Shown here: positions 50,844-64,000 of the stretch, piece after piece
Numbering within the stretch: the stretch's first letter is position 1
Layout: every line of letters starts with the position of its first letter
DNA from: Octopus vulgaris
Taxonomy: Eukaryota
Direction: 5' to 3'
Assembly (NCBI GenBank): GCA_951406725.2
Contig: OX597814.1
Coordinates: 207,638,001-207,702,000, forward strand
DNA length: 64,000 nt
The notes under the pieces: model-generated
Told to the model about the DNA's origin: nothing
Seen by the model: the letters and a program-made list of their open reading frames with translations, nothing else
Database searches by the model: none
Program-made: the position numbers and the translations under genes

Positions 50844-52899
50844 AATCCCTAGAGACAGCCTGCTTCTCACCAACCCTCTCGCTGCTATTATTCCTCTCCT
50901 CGACTGACTGCTGCTGCCGCCGATACAAACTGCCACTGCATGCTATTTACAACTTCAACCCTCCTCCCTCACTGACAAACCCCCACCCCGCCCCACTTCC
51001 ACTTCTGTCTTTCAATTCCTTAGACAAAGTTTATTGTAGTAGTAACAGCAGCAGCAGCAGCAGTGGTTCCTGCTGCTGGCTGCTATTGTATTGTACTTGT
51101 GACCAACAATATAAAGGTGTGCAAATGCTTCCATTTCACCCGCCACCACCACCACCACCGACTCTTATCACCACCAATGTTTTCACTCCTCAAAATCTTA
51201 TCATTACTATCATGTTGTGGTATTATTGTTGTGGTAAGGAATATTAACCTACACCACCACATCCTGACTAACCCTCACCCTCCCTGTTTATATAATTTCT
51301 CTTATGTATTTTTCAGTTCTTTCCCTCCCACTTGCTATAACATATATCTTCTTTTTTTTTGTTCTGTCAAATCTTCCATTTCATATTGATCGATTCATCT
51401 TCATTTTTATAGCCTTTCTTTTTTTTGTGTATGTGTGTATCTCTCTCCCTCCCCCTCCCAACATATTTTCGAAATCTCATTTCTATAATCTCACTCTCTC
51501 CCACCCTATTCCTCATTCATCTCTACCACATGTGAATACTAATCTGTATGGGAAATTTTCAATCACTAACCAATGCATTGCATTGTGTCATTTTCTCTTA
51601 GATCAATTTTTTTTTTTTTATTTGCCAGTCATAGACTCAGGAAGAGCTATATGTTTAAGAAGTTTGCTTTGCAACTTGGGCAAGCGTCTGCTTCTATTGT
51701 CTCAAGTTGACCACTGTCTTGTGATTGTAATTGGGTTTAAAAAAAAAAAACTACAGAATTCTTCTGTGTGTGTGTGTGTAATTTTCAGCATTGTATGTTA
51801 GTGAAAGATGTAGGCTGACATGAAAACTCATAAATTGGTGCTTTCAGAGGGAAACCCCTTATGTGATATTTGTTCTGCCCAAGCTGTGCAGATACTCCCT
51901 TGTGACTTTTATCATAAATGCAGTGAACCAGTGATTGGTTAGTTGGAATCTATAACCACTGATGCTAGTGTTCACAAAATGTGCTATAAATAAATAAATA
52001 AATAAATAAAAATAGATCTTTTAAGGTTGTTGTTGTTATTAGTATAGTATTTTTTTAGTGAAAACTGACTGCTAACAAATAAACTTTGTTTCAGTAGCTC
52101 ATGGCTAATTCATGATAACACTATAACACAATTCAGGATTTTACCGTGATCCTGGTAAAATCACAAGTTGCCCTTCAGCTGACAGGCCCTATGCCTTGTG
52201 AAAGGGCAACTTGTGATTTTGTCTAGGACCACTTATTGAGTATTCGTAGCTAACCTATATATATCTACAGGTCATTCCCTTATCTGCAAACTGGGGACCT
52301 GATGGATGGGAGCTACCATCACTACACTGAGAATCTCAACTGTGTACCCTACTTAAAAACTAAAGATGTGAGCTAATGGTAGGGTTTCTACACCATTTCT
52401 GAACATATGAGAAATAGCAGCCAAATCTCTTATGAACAAACTTTTGTGCTTGAGGGTTTATATTTCCATTTTGATCATATTACTGTTTTGAGGGAGATAT
52501 AGTTGCTATTTCTAGCACTTTGTGGATTCTTGTACATGGTCCCTCATTGGATTAAGCTCCCTTGACCCATACCAACAGTATCTAAGTGGTAATTGTTGTA
52601 TTGGTTGTTATGGTTGCTGTTTAGCCACAGGTCAGTTCTTATTGAGCTAGCCCATGATGAAAAGCATGAGTTCAACCATGACCATCCCATCTTTTTCATT
52701 GATACATTACACCCAAGAATTACAATATTCAATGTGTCTTTCTTTGAAGATGGGGTGTAATTTGAGGGAGATTTGGTTCTAATTTCTAGTAGATGATTAT
52801 TGTAATTAGTAACAGTACTATGGCATTGAGAAGTGTTGTGTGGATTATAATATCAATTTTCAGGAAAAGTTACCTGTGGTAGACCAGTGTCCTATTTAA

Positions 52900-53107
52900 C
52901 CCTTTCGTTACTGTATTTATTTTGATACACTCAATTACTTTAAATATAACAAAGAATTTAGTAAAATAACTTAGTTATCATTAAGCTAGTGTTAGGAACA
53001 TAAATTGTGACTAAGGTTTGGTGGAAGATTTTGATTCAGAACTTATGAAAACAAGACATTTGTACTGAGAGCCAGAGCCGGTTTCAGCCGGGTTGGTAAT
53101 GAAAGGG
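52900..53107. mobile_element. piggyBac-type MITE family P2
   Basis: TTAA|CCCTTTCGTTAC ... GTAATGAAAGGG|TTAA. Reverse complement of 32368-32587. Confidence 0.85.
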
Positions 53108-53156
53108 TTAAGGGTCTGTTTACCTCCCATCTTTCCTTAATGCTATAGAAACATAG

Positions 53157-53530
53157 GCACAGGCATGGCTATGTGGTTTAGATTGCTTGGTTTTGGTTCA
53201 GTCCCGCTGCACAACCCCTTAGATAAGTGTCTTCTACAGACTCACGCCAATACAATCTTGTAAGTGGATTTAGTAAACTGAAACTGAAAGAAATTTGTGT
53301 GTAGGTTGGTTAGATATGTGTGTTTGTCTTGTAGTACTTCTTGACAACTGATGTTGGTTTGTTTACAACCATGTAACTTAGCAATCCAGCAAAAGAGGCC
53401 ACTTGAATAAGTACCAGACTTATAGAAATAAAGTACTGTGGTTGATTGGTTTTACAAAATGCTTCAAGGCAATGCCCCTGTATGGCCACAGTTTAATGAC
53501 TGACATGAGATAAAACGTAAGAGATAAAAA
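53157..53530 (+). mobile_element. Old SINE family B copy
   Basis: Diverged head GGCATGGCTATGTGG, GTGGATTTAGTAAACTGAAACTGAAAGAA, tail. Confidence 0.7.
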
Positions 53531-53611
53531 CTAGAGATAGATGCCATCACAATGGATTAGAAAAGGAGAAAAATCAAATTTCTGATGATCATTTCATTTA
53601 CATTGAAACTT

Positions 53612-53647
<36 letters not shown>

Positions 53648-54880
53648 CTCATTTATTTGTTCATATATCCTATGACCCTCACACTCCATGGTGTTGACTC
53701 CAGAAGATAGCAAATAGCACACAGTAAACCTTTTGTTCGATATTCATTAAAGGCGGATGATCCATGAGTGTATTTGTGTCATGTCTGTCTCTTCCTCTGG
53801 TATGTGTGTGCATATGTATCTGTATATGTGTGTGTATGTGTGTGTGTGGTTAGGTGTGTACGTTTGTGTGCATCTGGTGAAAGGAGATTACAGAAGTGAG
53901 AAAACAGCAAAATGTAAAGGTTAGCCTGTAATGTTGGTATCCGATGGAATTTCGGAAATTCATTTACATGAATAAAAGTTCTTCCTTGCCCTTTTCACTT
54001 TGTTTTGCTTTATATATTGATTGAGAGGAAATTGGTTTAGGTAAATATATGTGTATATACATACATAAATGTATGTGTGTATATATATATTTATATATGT
54101 GCCCATTCACGGACACATGTATAGAGACAAACACACACATATATGCATGCATGCACACATACCAAACTGCCTGGTTTGTTAAAGGTACTGTATAGTAAGT
54201 GCAGTAGGGTTAGAAAGCATTCAGTCTATTGCTGTTTGCAAACAAAATGGTGATTTGTTCAATAAACTACCATACAAAGGCTTTTAGTTAAGCTCCATTG
54301 ATCTGAAATATTTTCAAAGCCATTAGAAACATCATCTGGTATCCCAGTTAACCTTCAAACCTCAGCATTTTTGTTGTGCTTGGTGGGGCTGGCGAGTAGG
54401 TATAGTAGCAGAGACAACCAGGATAATGATGATGATGATGAAATAGCAGCTGATATATTGGTCATTTTACAGGCTTTTCTCTACTATTAGTATCTCTTTA
54501 TGATATGAGTGGTACTTAAAGGCTGGTTGGTTGTGCTTTCAGATCTCAATAAGCAGACATGTGATCAAAAGAGTTCCTGCCATGACCATTTCCTGTGGTT
54601 TTGTGTTTTTATGTTTCAGATGGAAATTTTGACTGATATTTCTAGTGGATCAAGCAACCTCATATATAAAATAGTTAAAACTCAGAACAAGATGCCTGAG
54701 GGTTTTTTTAGTAAATATATACTGTCACTGTAGCCAAATTATAATACAGTTAAATTATAGCATTAAAAACTCTCTCACACACACACACACACACACATCA
54801 GTATGGTTTGTATGTGTATGTATATAGGTAAATATACATGTGTGCATATGCATGTTTGTCTCTCTCTCTATATATATATA

Positions 54881-55016
54881 TCATCATCATCGTTTAGCAT
54901 CCACTTTCCATGCTGGCATGGGTTGGATGGTGCAACTGGGGTCTGGGAAGCCAGAAGGCTGCACCAGGCCCAGCCTGATCTGGCAATGTTTCTATGGCTG
55001 GATGCCCTTCCTAACG

Positions 55017-55017
<1 letters not shown>
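54881..55017 (-). mobile_element. Short RTE 3' end inserted in (TA)n
   Basis: (TA)n-(CAT)n...CCCTTCCTAACGC-(TA)n. Confidence 0.85.
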
Positions 55018-55054
<37 letters not shown>

Positions 55055-55215
55055 CACACACACACACACACACACAGATAGATAGATTATTTTATGAAAC
55101 ACGTGTTGAAGAGAAATTTGGAATTGAAATAGTAAGTATTAAAATAAAATTCTATGATATGGTGTGATGTATATTAGGATTTCATGAATTGCATGGGGGA
55201 CTTCTATCTCTAAAT

Positions 55216-55263
<48 letters not shown>

Positions 55264-55304
55264 ATGGTCATGTTTGTTGACATTCACTGTCAACAAATCA
55301 TTCA

Positions 55305-55683
55305 TTATCTTTTAATTGTTGCAGTCATTAGATTGCAGCCATGCTGGGGCACCACTTTGAATAACTTTTAATCGAATGAATCAACCCCACTTATTTTTTT
55401 TTCTTTTAAGCATGGTATTTATTTTACCAATCTTTTGCTGAACCGCTAAGTTATGAGGACACAAACACAACACAAGCATGGTTGGAGGACAAACAGTCTC
55501 ACACATGTGCATGTATACACACATGCAATAGGCTTCTTTTAGTTTCTGTCTTCCAAATCCTGTCACAAGGTTTTGGTCAGCTGGAGGCTATAGTAGAAGA
55601 CATTAGCCCAAGGTGTCACACAGTGGGACTGAACCCAGAACCATGTGGTTGGAAAGCAAACTTCTTACCACACAGCCATGCCT
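55305..55683 (-). mobile_element. Older SINE family B copy
   Basis: GCTGAACCGCTAAG and CAGTGGGACTGAACCCAGAACCATGTGG motifs. Confidence 0.8.
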
Positions 55684-56624
55684 GTGCCAGTATTTTTGAA
55701 ATCAAGCAGAATGAAAAACCTCATATTTCATGAACAGGTGAGGGTTAACAACAGATACTTTGATAATGTTTTCCTCTAACCCATGCTAGCTTGGAAAAAC
55801 AGATGTAAAAATGAACAAACAAATGCTCACAGTCAATACTTGGCTGCATTGAGCTGTACTTTTCAGTTTCTCCATTGTGTGGATGGACTATAGACTTCAC
55901 AAAAGCAGTTTATTAAAGAATTAATAAACAAATATATATCATTAAACCAGAACAAACAGTTAGGAGTTATATAGATAAGATCAGTAGATGTTCAAAAATG
56001 TAGCGCTGTGAAGGAAAAGAAGTTGAAACAGAAGCTTTATATGATTATTAAGTTTGAATGTATTTGTGTCAGAAGACAAACTGGGGAAAAGACAAAATAA
56101 TGTAATGTTGAAAATGTCAAAAAGATTTCATTTGTCAAAATGCAGACTAAAGTGAATTTATATCTCAAGAAATTATAATATAATGACTAATATGAATTTA
56201 AAAATGTAAAGAAACTTATCATTATAATTTAAATAGCTTTTCTGCTTTGAAAAAAGTAGCCTAGTGAAGATAAGTAAAAAAAAACAGAAAATTAACATAT
56301 CTTATTACAAAAAAAAATTGAGATGAACTGATATCACAAAAAACTTATATGACTAAGTAAAATTACATTGTGTAAATCAGTTAGTGGCAATGCTTTCAAC
56401 TATATATATACACATTTTTAGAACTTCAGCTTTTATATACAATTTTGATGGCTTAGCCAGACAAAGGACGGCATCAATGACATTTTGATGGACCTCTGAA
56501 ACTGATTTGGGAAAGAGAAGCGAGAAGAAACTACAGCTCATGGGTTGCTACAATAAGACACTGGAGATCAGCTTATTCTCAGATCTGATCTGACTTCCTG
56601 CAATAGTGTGGACTCCACTAACAA

Positions 56625-56805
56625 AATTCTTTTCTACTCTAGGCACAAGGCCTGAAATTTTGTGGGAGGGTGCCAGTCAGTTAGATCGACTCCAGTATGC
56701 AACTGGTACTTATCAACCCTGAAAGGACGAAAGGCAAAGTTGATCTTGGAAGAATTTGAACTCAGACAGTAAAGTCAGACGAAATACCGCTAAGCATTTC
56801 ATCCT
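56625..56805 (-). mobile_element. SINE family A, 5'-truncated
   Basis: GAAAGGACGAAAGGCAAAGTTGA...GAATTTGAACTCAG. Confidence 0.75.
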
Positions 56806-56836
56806 GGTTCTGTATAAGCGTTCTGTTGTCAAGTTA

Positions 56837-57205
56837 TCTTTATATATAAAAGATTCCTAACTACTCCCACATTTTGCGGTGCAGTGTAACCAAAAGCGGG
56901 TATCTTATAGTCGTGATTCATATCGAGCACTTCTGGGTATTAGCGCACGTCTACGATGAGTCTACGATTTAAAAAAAAATTTACCATCATTTTTTTCCAT
57001 TTTAATGCATTTTTTCCACTATTAAAAAAAGGGAAGTAACTCTCTAAAAATGTCTACGATGAGTCAACGATTTAAAAAAAAATTTATCATCATTTTTTCC
57101 CCATTTTTAATGCATTTTTTTGCTATTTTTTGGCTATAACTCTCTGAAAATGCTTATATAGTTATTTCCCTTACAAACCCGAGCAACGCCGGGCGATACT
57201 GCTAG
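56837..57205 (+). mobile_element. Non-autonomous Helitron H1 (about 30-bp deletion near 5' end)
   Basis: A|TC...CCCGAGCAACGCCGGG...CTAG|T. No TSD, as expected for Helitrons. Confidence 0.9.
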
Positions 57206-57565
57206 TCTAAGTTAAAACCTTCCATCAAAATTCTTTATTAATCTATGTTCCAAACGCCAGCTAAAAAATTTTTTTACTAAATTCTTTATAATTTTAAGAA
57301 TTAATTGAAACAAAGGCAGTGTATTTCAGCTGAAATATGGTGCTACAGAGTTAAACTGGACACTGGTTAAAGTCTGCTACCCAACTTCATGCCTTAAAGC
57401 AAATTAATTTACACAACCATGATTTTGTATTAAAATGCTTAAAGTTTAAAAGAAAAGTGGAATTTTATGTTCATTGCCAGAGGACATCTAAAGAGAGTTT
57501 GTTACAGCACTGGGAATTTCACTAATGTGTAGTAGAGAATTCTATCTGCTTGTCTGTCTATCTGA

Positions 57566-57598
<33 letters not shown>

Positions 57599-58609
57599 TT
57601 CTGTCCATTACATTTTGAACACTTTTATTCCCAGTTCTCCCTTCCACAGTTTTACTACAGTCATTCTGTTTCCCTTTCCCATACTTTAGCTTTTTTTTTT
57701 CTCACTTACTTTAGTTTATCTATTGTAATTGCCCTGTCTTTTACACTCTCTCCTGCTGGTTTCATTGCCCAGAATGAACAAAGATAACTAAAGAGTAGTT
57801 GAGGTCCCTCTTATCATACACTGGCTACTTCAGCCCTCACTCTTGTCTTGTCAATGTCATAACTTTGATGCTAGATTCCCAGTACACTCCCTAAAGTGGT
57901 TGGGGATAGGAATGGCATCCTGTTATAAAACCATGCCAGAATAGAATTATATGAACAAGACATGGTTCCCCATTCGATCTAGGATGCATCTCAGACTAGG
58001 ATGCATCCAACACATCTAGCATATAAAGTAGATGTGAAATGATATTGACAAGGAATTGCATGTGTGCTTGCATATAAATGCAAAGATATTCTGAATGGTT
58101 CGGTAACAAAGACAAACTAGCTAACTAATACAATGGTAAGTTTATCAATCGGTTCACTGTAAATAACAATATTTTTATCAGTAAACCAGGATGACTTGCA
58201 TAAACATTCATTTCGGTTGACTGTAAAAACAACAAAAAATATTAACATTGCAAAAGTAGCATATCAGTATTTATAGTTTTTTTCTTAAAATATTTGATTT
58301 TTGTAGTATTGATACATTCTCAGTAACAGTTCAATTTAAATTTTAACTGATAACATTTAATTCAGTTTCCCTTGCATTTGCACTAAAGCTCTACGTATAT
58401 CTGCTTTTCCGTTTTCTCTCTTTCTCTCTTTTTTGTTTCTTTCTTAGATATTTGAGCTATGAATTCCCTTGTAACTCTTTTGCAGCTTTAATATGCTACA
58501 ATGGGTGTTTAAGTTGAGTTTTTATCACTGGTATAGAAATCACATTTTTAGGTGATGCAAGTTATCACTGTATGGTATTAGAGAAAAATAAATAAATTTA
58601 ATCTCTTAC

Positions 58610-58662
58610 CTGAATATTTCTCTTTATGCCTTCTTTATTCCATTTATTATCTAACCTTTCTG
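58610..58662 (-). CDS. Candidate 53-bp exon (xERLDNKWNKEGIKRNIQ if coding)
   Basis: Acceptor TTATTCCATTTTATAG, donor CAG|GTAAGA. One frame is open, phase 1-0. Could be a UTR exon or chance. Confidence 0.3.
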
Positions 58663-58747
58663 CTATAAAATGGAATAATAAGCTCTATCTGAAAATAGTC
58701 CAATAAGTCTCAATTCTGTGGATATACTTTCCTGTTTTCCAGTAACT

Positions 58748-59211
58748 TGTAGTGATGTCATATTCCAATGTGCGCATGCGCAACGTCATTCTTCAGTGTG
58801 CGTGTGCGGGGTTGGAACCTTCTGGAAAGGCATAAGGAAGTTCCCTCATGCACATGTGCTAGAGACTGGAGAAGAAATTCTATCGCGTTCCTTAATAGCG
58901 TCGTTGACTTGAGACACAGGGCGTATTTTTAAACATGTGATCAGCCTATTCTCCTGTCCCAGACGCTTAGGATTTGACCTGCTCTGTTGCTGCTGAATTG
59001 TTGTAAGATTCTTACAAACGTTAAAATTCAGCCTTGCTGTGTTGAACTAAGTGGATACCAATATTTGTGAATAAGAGAATAAAGAATCATATATATTTTT
59101 AAACTTGCGTTTCGTTCCTAACTGGTAGTTTCTAGAAACAAAAAGAACGGAAATTGTGTTGCACCCAAGTTGCACCCCAAAAGTGTAAAGAAGCAACCAG
59201 TTCCCTTTACA
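58748..59211 (+). mobile_element. Candidate solo LTR
   Basis: TGTA...TACA termini, AACT on both flanks (58744-58747, 59212-59215), CpG-richer than its flanks, AATAAA at 59078-59083. Confidence 0.55.
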
Positions 59212-59597
59212 AACTGATATGTTCAGTCACTTGAAAAGAAGGCAAACAAAATTAATTTTAAAATCTTTCTAATTTTTAACTTTCTAAATTTTAACTTTAA
59301 ACCTCTCAGATACATTAATCAGTGATTAATTTTGAAATGATTATTTATATATAGATGAAAGAAATTCATATTTGGGCAATAATTATGTTTTTATTGTCAA
59401 ACTTCTCCTTCAAACCACACTTCAAAAAAAAGACACAATAGATAATGGGATCTTCAATATAGTTGGGTGAAAAAAAAGAAAAAAAAAAGTAGACTGTAGT
59501 CCACTAGAAAGCTTTTGATCATAGATTTGCTTAATCAGGTAGTATTAATCAAGGCTAAATAATTGTGTGTAGTTATATATATATATATAGAGAGAGA

Positions 59598-59801
59598 GAG
59601 TTAATCCAAACAAGAAAGCACAAAAAAACACAACAACACGAGGACGTGGAACAAATATAGTATTATTGGACTCTCGGGAAAGAAGGAAAGAAGGGTTTAA
59701 TGTTTCAAGCGGAGCTCTTCGTCGGAAACATAGGAGAAGGAAAGATCCAGAGAAGGGAAGACAGAGGAAAAAAAAATCGCCAACGGTACACACGCTGTCA
59801 C
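59598..59801 (-). mobile_element. Penelope-like pseudo-LTR remnant with degenerate minimal hammerhead (~59694-59730)
   Basis: Minus strand GUUU-CCGACGA-AGAGCUCCGCUU-GAAACAUU-AAAC. Element sits between (TA)n tracts. Confidence 0.55.
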
Positions 59802-59841
59802 ATTATATATACACATACATAATACATACATACATATGCAC

Positions 59842-59876
<35 letters not shown>

Positions 59877-60178
59877 TACATACATACATACATACAGTGA
59901 GAGAGAGAGTGGTTAAGACTTTTCTGTCTTCACACTCTTCATTGAGAGCCAATAGAATTGTTAAATATTTTATGTGAGAAGTGAAAGACTGGGTATATGA
60001 ACCCTTTAATGTGAAGAAAAGGCAGAACTTAACATGTTGATGCATCTTTCAAATTTATTGTTCCACATAGATCTTAAAAATGTAACAAAGACTATTAAAT
60101 ATATCAGTTAAAAAATCTGAGCATTGCCTTATTTGTCAGTAACACTTTCATAGTGTGTGTGTGTGTGTACATACATAT

Positions 60179-60359
60179 CACTTTGATCACTTTGACCGAC
60201 CAGTCCGTCAGGCGTCCATTTGACACCGCTGGTCACAGCACGCCGTCCACTCCTCTCTGGATCGCGTTTTTCTCATCCACGTGATCCCAATCGTCCTCTT
60301 GAAATCGTCACTCCACCGTTGTGGAGGTCTTCCGGGTGGTCTTTTCAAAAAAAAAAAAA
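60179..60359 (-). mobile_element. Second RTE-family LINE, 5'-truncated, with 14-bp TSD
   Basis: KRPPGRPPQRWSDDFKRTIGITWMRKTRSREEW...*, short UTR ending (TCAAAGTGA)2. GTGTACATACATAT at 60165-60178 and 60360-60373. Confidence 0.85.
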
Positions 60360-61993
60360 GTGTACATACATATACACACATATATATATAGGTATAGACG
60401 CACATACATGTTTTTCCTGCAAATGATCACCAACCTCTCTTAGATATCATCTGCCCTGGGTGTGCCAGAGCTTTGTTGGTCTTTAGAACTATCCTTCTTA
60501 AACAAATAAAAATCACACACACACCACAGAGAACTTGTCTGTGTTTACCAAGTATCGCTGATATCTAAATGTCCATATATTTTTTTTTTTTACATCGTAT
60601 ATATCTAGTAAACCTAAGAAACTACTTGTTCTGCATTTTAAATTCTACGCAAGTTTCATATACTTCAAGTATGGTAGCTTGAGTTTATCTTCAATATGTA
60701 GCATATGAAATGTGTGTGTGTGTGTGTGTGTGTGGAGAGAGAAGGAGAGAGAACTAGTAATTCATCCCATCATAAATAGTTCACTATCTGCCTTTCTACA
60801 CACACACACACACACACGTACACTGATCACACACTGGAATACACCAATCACTCCTTTGCCATGATATATATATAGTTGAAAAATAACACAAATCTGGCTT
60901 CATTTGTATGTTAAAGATTATCGCAAATATCTGGATGAGATAGTTTATCTGTAGAATATGCTTCTTGTCTCACAGTAAAGTGATAAAACTCTATTTCTCT
61001 GTAATCTCTAAAACTTTTCACCTCAGCTTGTCACTTGTAATTCTTCACTTAAGATATAGTAAATTCCACCAAATCATCTGCTTTGCTTTCTGACAAAGTA
61101 TTTTTCTGAAAATTATGACAAATTGAAGAAATAAATTCACAAGATATTTTGGAGAAAGATATGTTTTTATAACTTATTTCTTTTTTACTGTTGTTTTGTT
61201 TTAGCTACTAAATGCTAAAATATACCACCATAATGATAAGACTGCTATAGTTTATGGATTTCATATCATTTGTGACTATATTATTTATTTGTTTGTAAAT
61301 TCTCTGAAATTTGGGCAATGTGTCTATTTTTAGAGAACTGAATTTACAAAAAACAAAAAAAATATTTTTTAATAATTTTTTTCATTCTGTCTTGGTTCTA
61401 AAATTATGAGCTTAAAATTTGTATTGCAGTAAATCTCATAAATAACAGATTTGTTTCAAAAATATTTTCTTATGTCAAATTCATTCAGTCTTCTGTGGAA
61501 AGATATGAACTCAGCATTTTGTAGAGTACCACCAAAGCTTAAGGCATCATGAATTTCAAGCCAACAAAGGAGCTTCTATGTAAGTCACTCATCCTGTTAG
61601 AAATAGCAGCCAAATGTCCCTCAAATTAGAAAAGGACATAACAGATATTGTGGTTCTAGATTTTCTGCATATAAGGAAAAAAACAAGTTGGCCATGACTG
61701 GGCAGTGAGGACAGGATTGGGGAGTGAGAGCTAAGCATGCATCACATGTATTAAATACTCTTGGAAAGGTATGAATGTCATGACTTCTAAATTTTACATT
61801 TTATATATCAGTATAGTAAATAGTTGAATATCAAATAAAATAGAAATTCGAGCTCAATGCAGACAAAATTACTGTTTGGTGCCATCTCTTTTCAGTTTTC
61901 AAACCCTTGCAGAGTCTTGCATTTCTCCTGGAAAAGGAAAACCATATTCATGGCATGCCAGCAAAGAGAATTCAATTCAAATTTATGACTGAA

Positions 61994-62381
61994 CTAGCAG
62001 TATCGCCCGGCGTTGCTCGGGTTTGTAAGGGAAATAACTATAAAGCATTTTTAGAGAGTTATAGCCAAAAAATAGCAAAAAAAATGCATTAAAAATGGAA
62101 AAAAAATTATGGTAAAATTTTTTAAAAGTCGTTGACTCATCGTAGACATTTTTAGAGAGTTACTTCCCTTATATAATAGCCAAAAAATGCATTAAAAATG
62201 GGAAAGAATGATGATAAATTTTTTTTTAAATCGTAGACGCCTGCTAATACCCAGAAGGGCTCGATATGATTCACGACTATAAGATACCCGGTTTTGGTTA
62301 AACTGCACCGCAAAATGTGGGAGAAGTTAGGAATTTAAATCGTAGGAGACAGACACACAACTTCACTTTTATATATAAAGA
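61994..62381 (-). mobile_element. Non-autonomous Helitron H1
   Basis: Reverse complement of 1-386 with intact TC and CTAG ends and an A|T insertion site. Confidence 0.9.
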
Positions 62382-62739
62382 TTAATCAAGTTAATTTTTC
62401 CTCAACCAATCACTAATTAGTGTGGTACTTTTATCACCTGGTATGCCTAATGGCTGATCATAGTAGCTGATATGGCAATAGCTATACTGCCACCAACAGT
62501 ACTACAGTGACCATTTTAAGTGCCAACAGCTCATCAGTGACACAGAGCTCAAACTGTAACAGATGCTCTTTGCAGCCAAGGGGTTTTGTAGTCAAAACAG
62601 TCCAGCAACTTGAGCCTGTAGTCAGCAATATATTAGTTTCCAGTTTATTTTCTTTGAAAGTGTGTGTTAGAATCATAAAAAAATCGTGTATGCTGTACAT
62701 TTTTATACACACACATTTACTTGAGAATCATTTACTCAT

Positions 62740-63127
62740 CTTTTACTCTTTTACTTGTTTCAGTCATTTGACTGCGGCCATGCTGGAGCACCGCCTTTAG
62801 TCGAGCAAATCGACTCCGGAACTTATTCTTTGTAAGCCCAGTACTTATTCTATCGGTCTCTTTTGCCGAACCACTAAGTGACGGGGACGTAAACACACCA
62901 GCATCGGTTGTCAGGCAATGCTAGGGGGACAAACACAGACACACACATATATATATATATATACATATATACGACAGGCTTCTTTCAGTTTCCGTCTACC
63001 AAATCCACTCACAAGGCATTGGTCGACCCGGGGCTATAGCAGAAGACACTTGCCCAAGATGCCACGCAGTGGGACTGAACCCAGAACCATGTGGTTGGTT
63101 AGCAAGCTACTTACCACACAGCCACTC
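62740..63127 (-). mobile_element. SINE family B, near full length
   Basis: As 39475-39864. Confidence 0.9.
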
Positions 63128-63955
63128 GCATTTATTGTATAAACACATACATGAATGTATTTTTGTGCATTTCTGCATTCTCGCTTGTACAACCAAACTC
63201 ACAAATGTATATACACTTCAACAACGCTTTCTTTTTTAAATGCTGCATTAATTTGTTTTCAGTAACATTTCACCACATTTCATGTAACATTTATTGATGC
63301 TGCATTGAAACCCTTTATATACATAACAATAATTCTGTCTTGTCAATCAGATTTGCTGCCGTCTTGTAAGCAAATAGCAAATGTATTTTTCTCATTCTAA
63401 CAAAATAGCAAAAAAAAAAAAAAAATCTTCATTATTCTATATTTTATCTGTTGCACTGTGTATATATTTTATACACATCCTTAAGAGTTGATAAAATATA
63501 GGGTCAATTCAATTGACTGTTTATTATCCTATCCTTATAAAATTATATCAGTTTGATAAATCATTATTGTTAGTGGTGAAAGGTTTGGAATTGCTTTTGA
63601 ATTTCATTAGAATCACATATTTTATGTCACATTTGGTGAACACCAGGGTTGTTACGGGTTCCCAACAAGCCATTAACTGGTTCACTGCATTTTTAACAGT
63701 AAGAGGAACTAGGGATTTTCTTGCTAATCAGGCGGAACAAATATATCACATAGTGGCTTTTTTATTTGAAAGTTGTGTTTTTTCTTTCACTTTTTTTTCA
63801 TTCAAGGTGTTACATCCCTCACTGAAAAGTGCAGACACACACACACATAGATTTGTGTGTATTTATTTTAGAAGTTTTTTGCCATGATTAGTCTGTGAAT
63901 GACCATCTCTCTAGAGAGGTTATGTGCCTGCAGTCATTTAAGCCTAAAAACTTAC

Positions 63956-64000
63956 CTATACAGCTAAATACTTTATAGGTTCCAAACCAATGGTTACTCT
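63956..64000 (-). CDS. Candidate exon cut by the window edge (SNHWFGTYKVFSCI if coding)
   Basis: Consensus donor AG|GTAAGT. The open frame ends in phase 1, matching the phase-1 start of 58610-58662. Confidence 0.3.
   Translation of the reverse strand, partial: RVTIGLEPIKYLAV

Noticed and set aside
63620-63740. Exon-like GC-richer block
   Set aside because: Its reverse complement resembles ~51915-51990, so it is a dispersed old repeat.

Overview
AT-rich, repeat-dominated eukaryotic DNA. The SINE families, RTE-type LINE tails and dense (TA)n/(TG)n/(CAT)n microsatellites suggest an Octopus (coleoid cephalopod) genome; this is an inference from repeat content. Almost all long ORFs in the supplied track are microsatellite or minisatellite artefacts. 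Supported mobile elements: one full-length but dead mariner (TIRs plus TA TSD); four non-autonomous Helitrons and a Helitron helicase 3' fragment; a Helentron-type element; hAT and TTAA/piggyBac-type MITEs; three tRNA-derived SINE families; RTE, Tx1/L1 and CR1/L2-like LINE fragments; a candidate solo LTR. There is also a 37-bp minisatellite. Short minus-strand exons with good splice signals and compatible phases suggest the window is mostly introns of an unidentified, possibly multi-promoter gene. The most notable observations are: (i) a near-canonical type I hammerhead ribozyme with a long stem II in a ~350-bp Penelope/retrozyme-like insert, plus two degenerate hammerhead loci; (ii) two LINE insertions resolved as long fold-back inverted duplications and a third long inverted repeat; (iii) SINE-internal (TA)n tracts acting as landing pads for other retroelements. 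Repeat boundaries were read by eye and may be off by a few bases.
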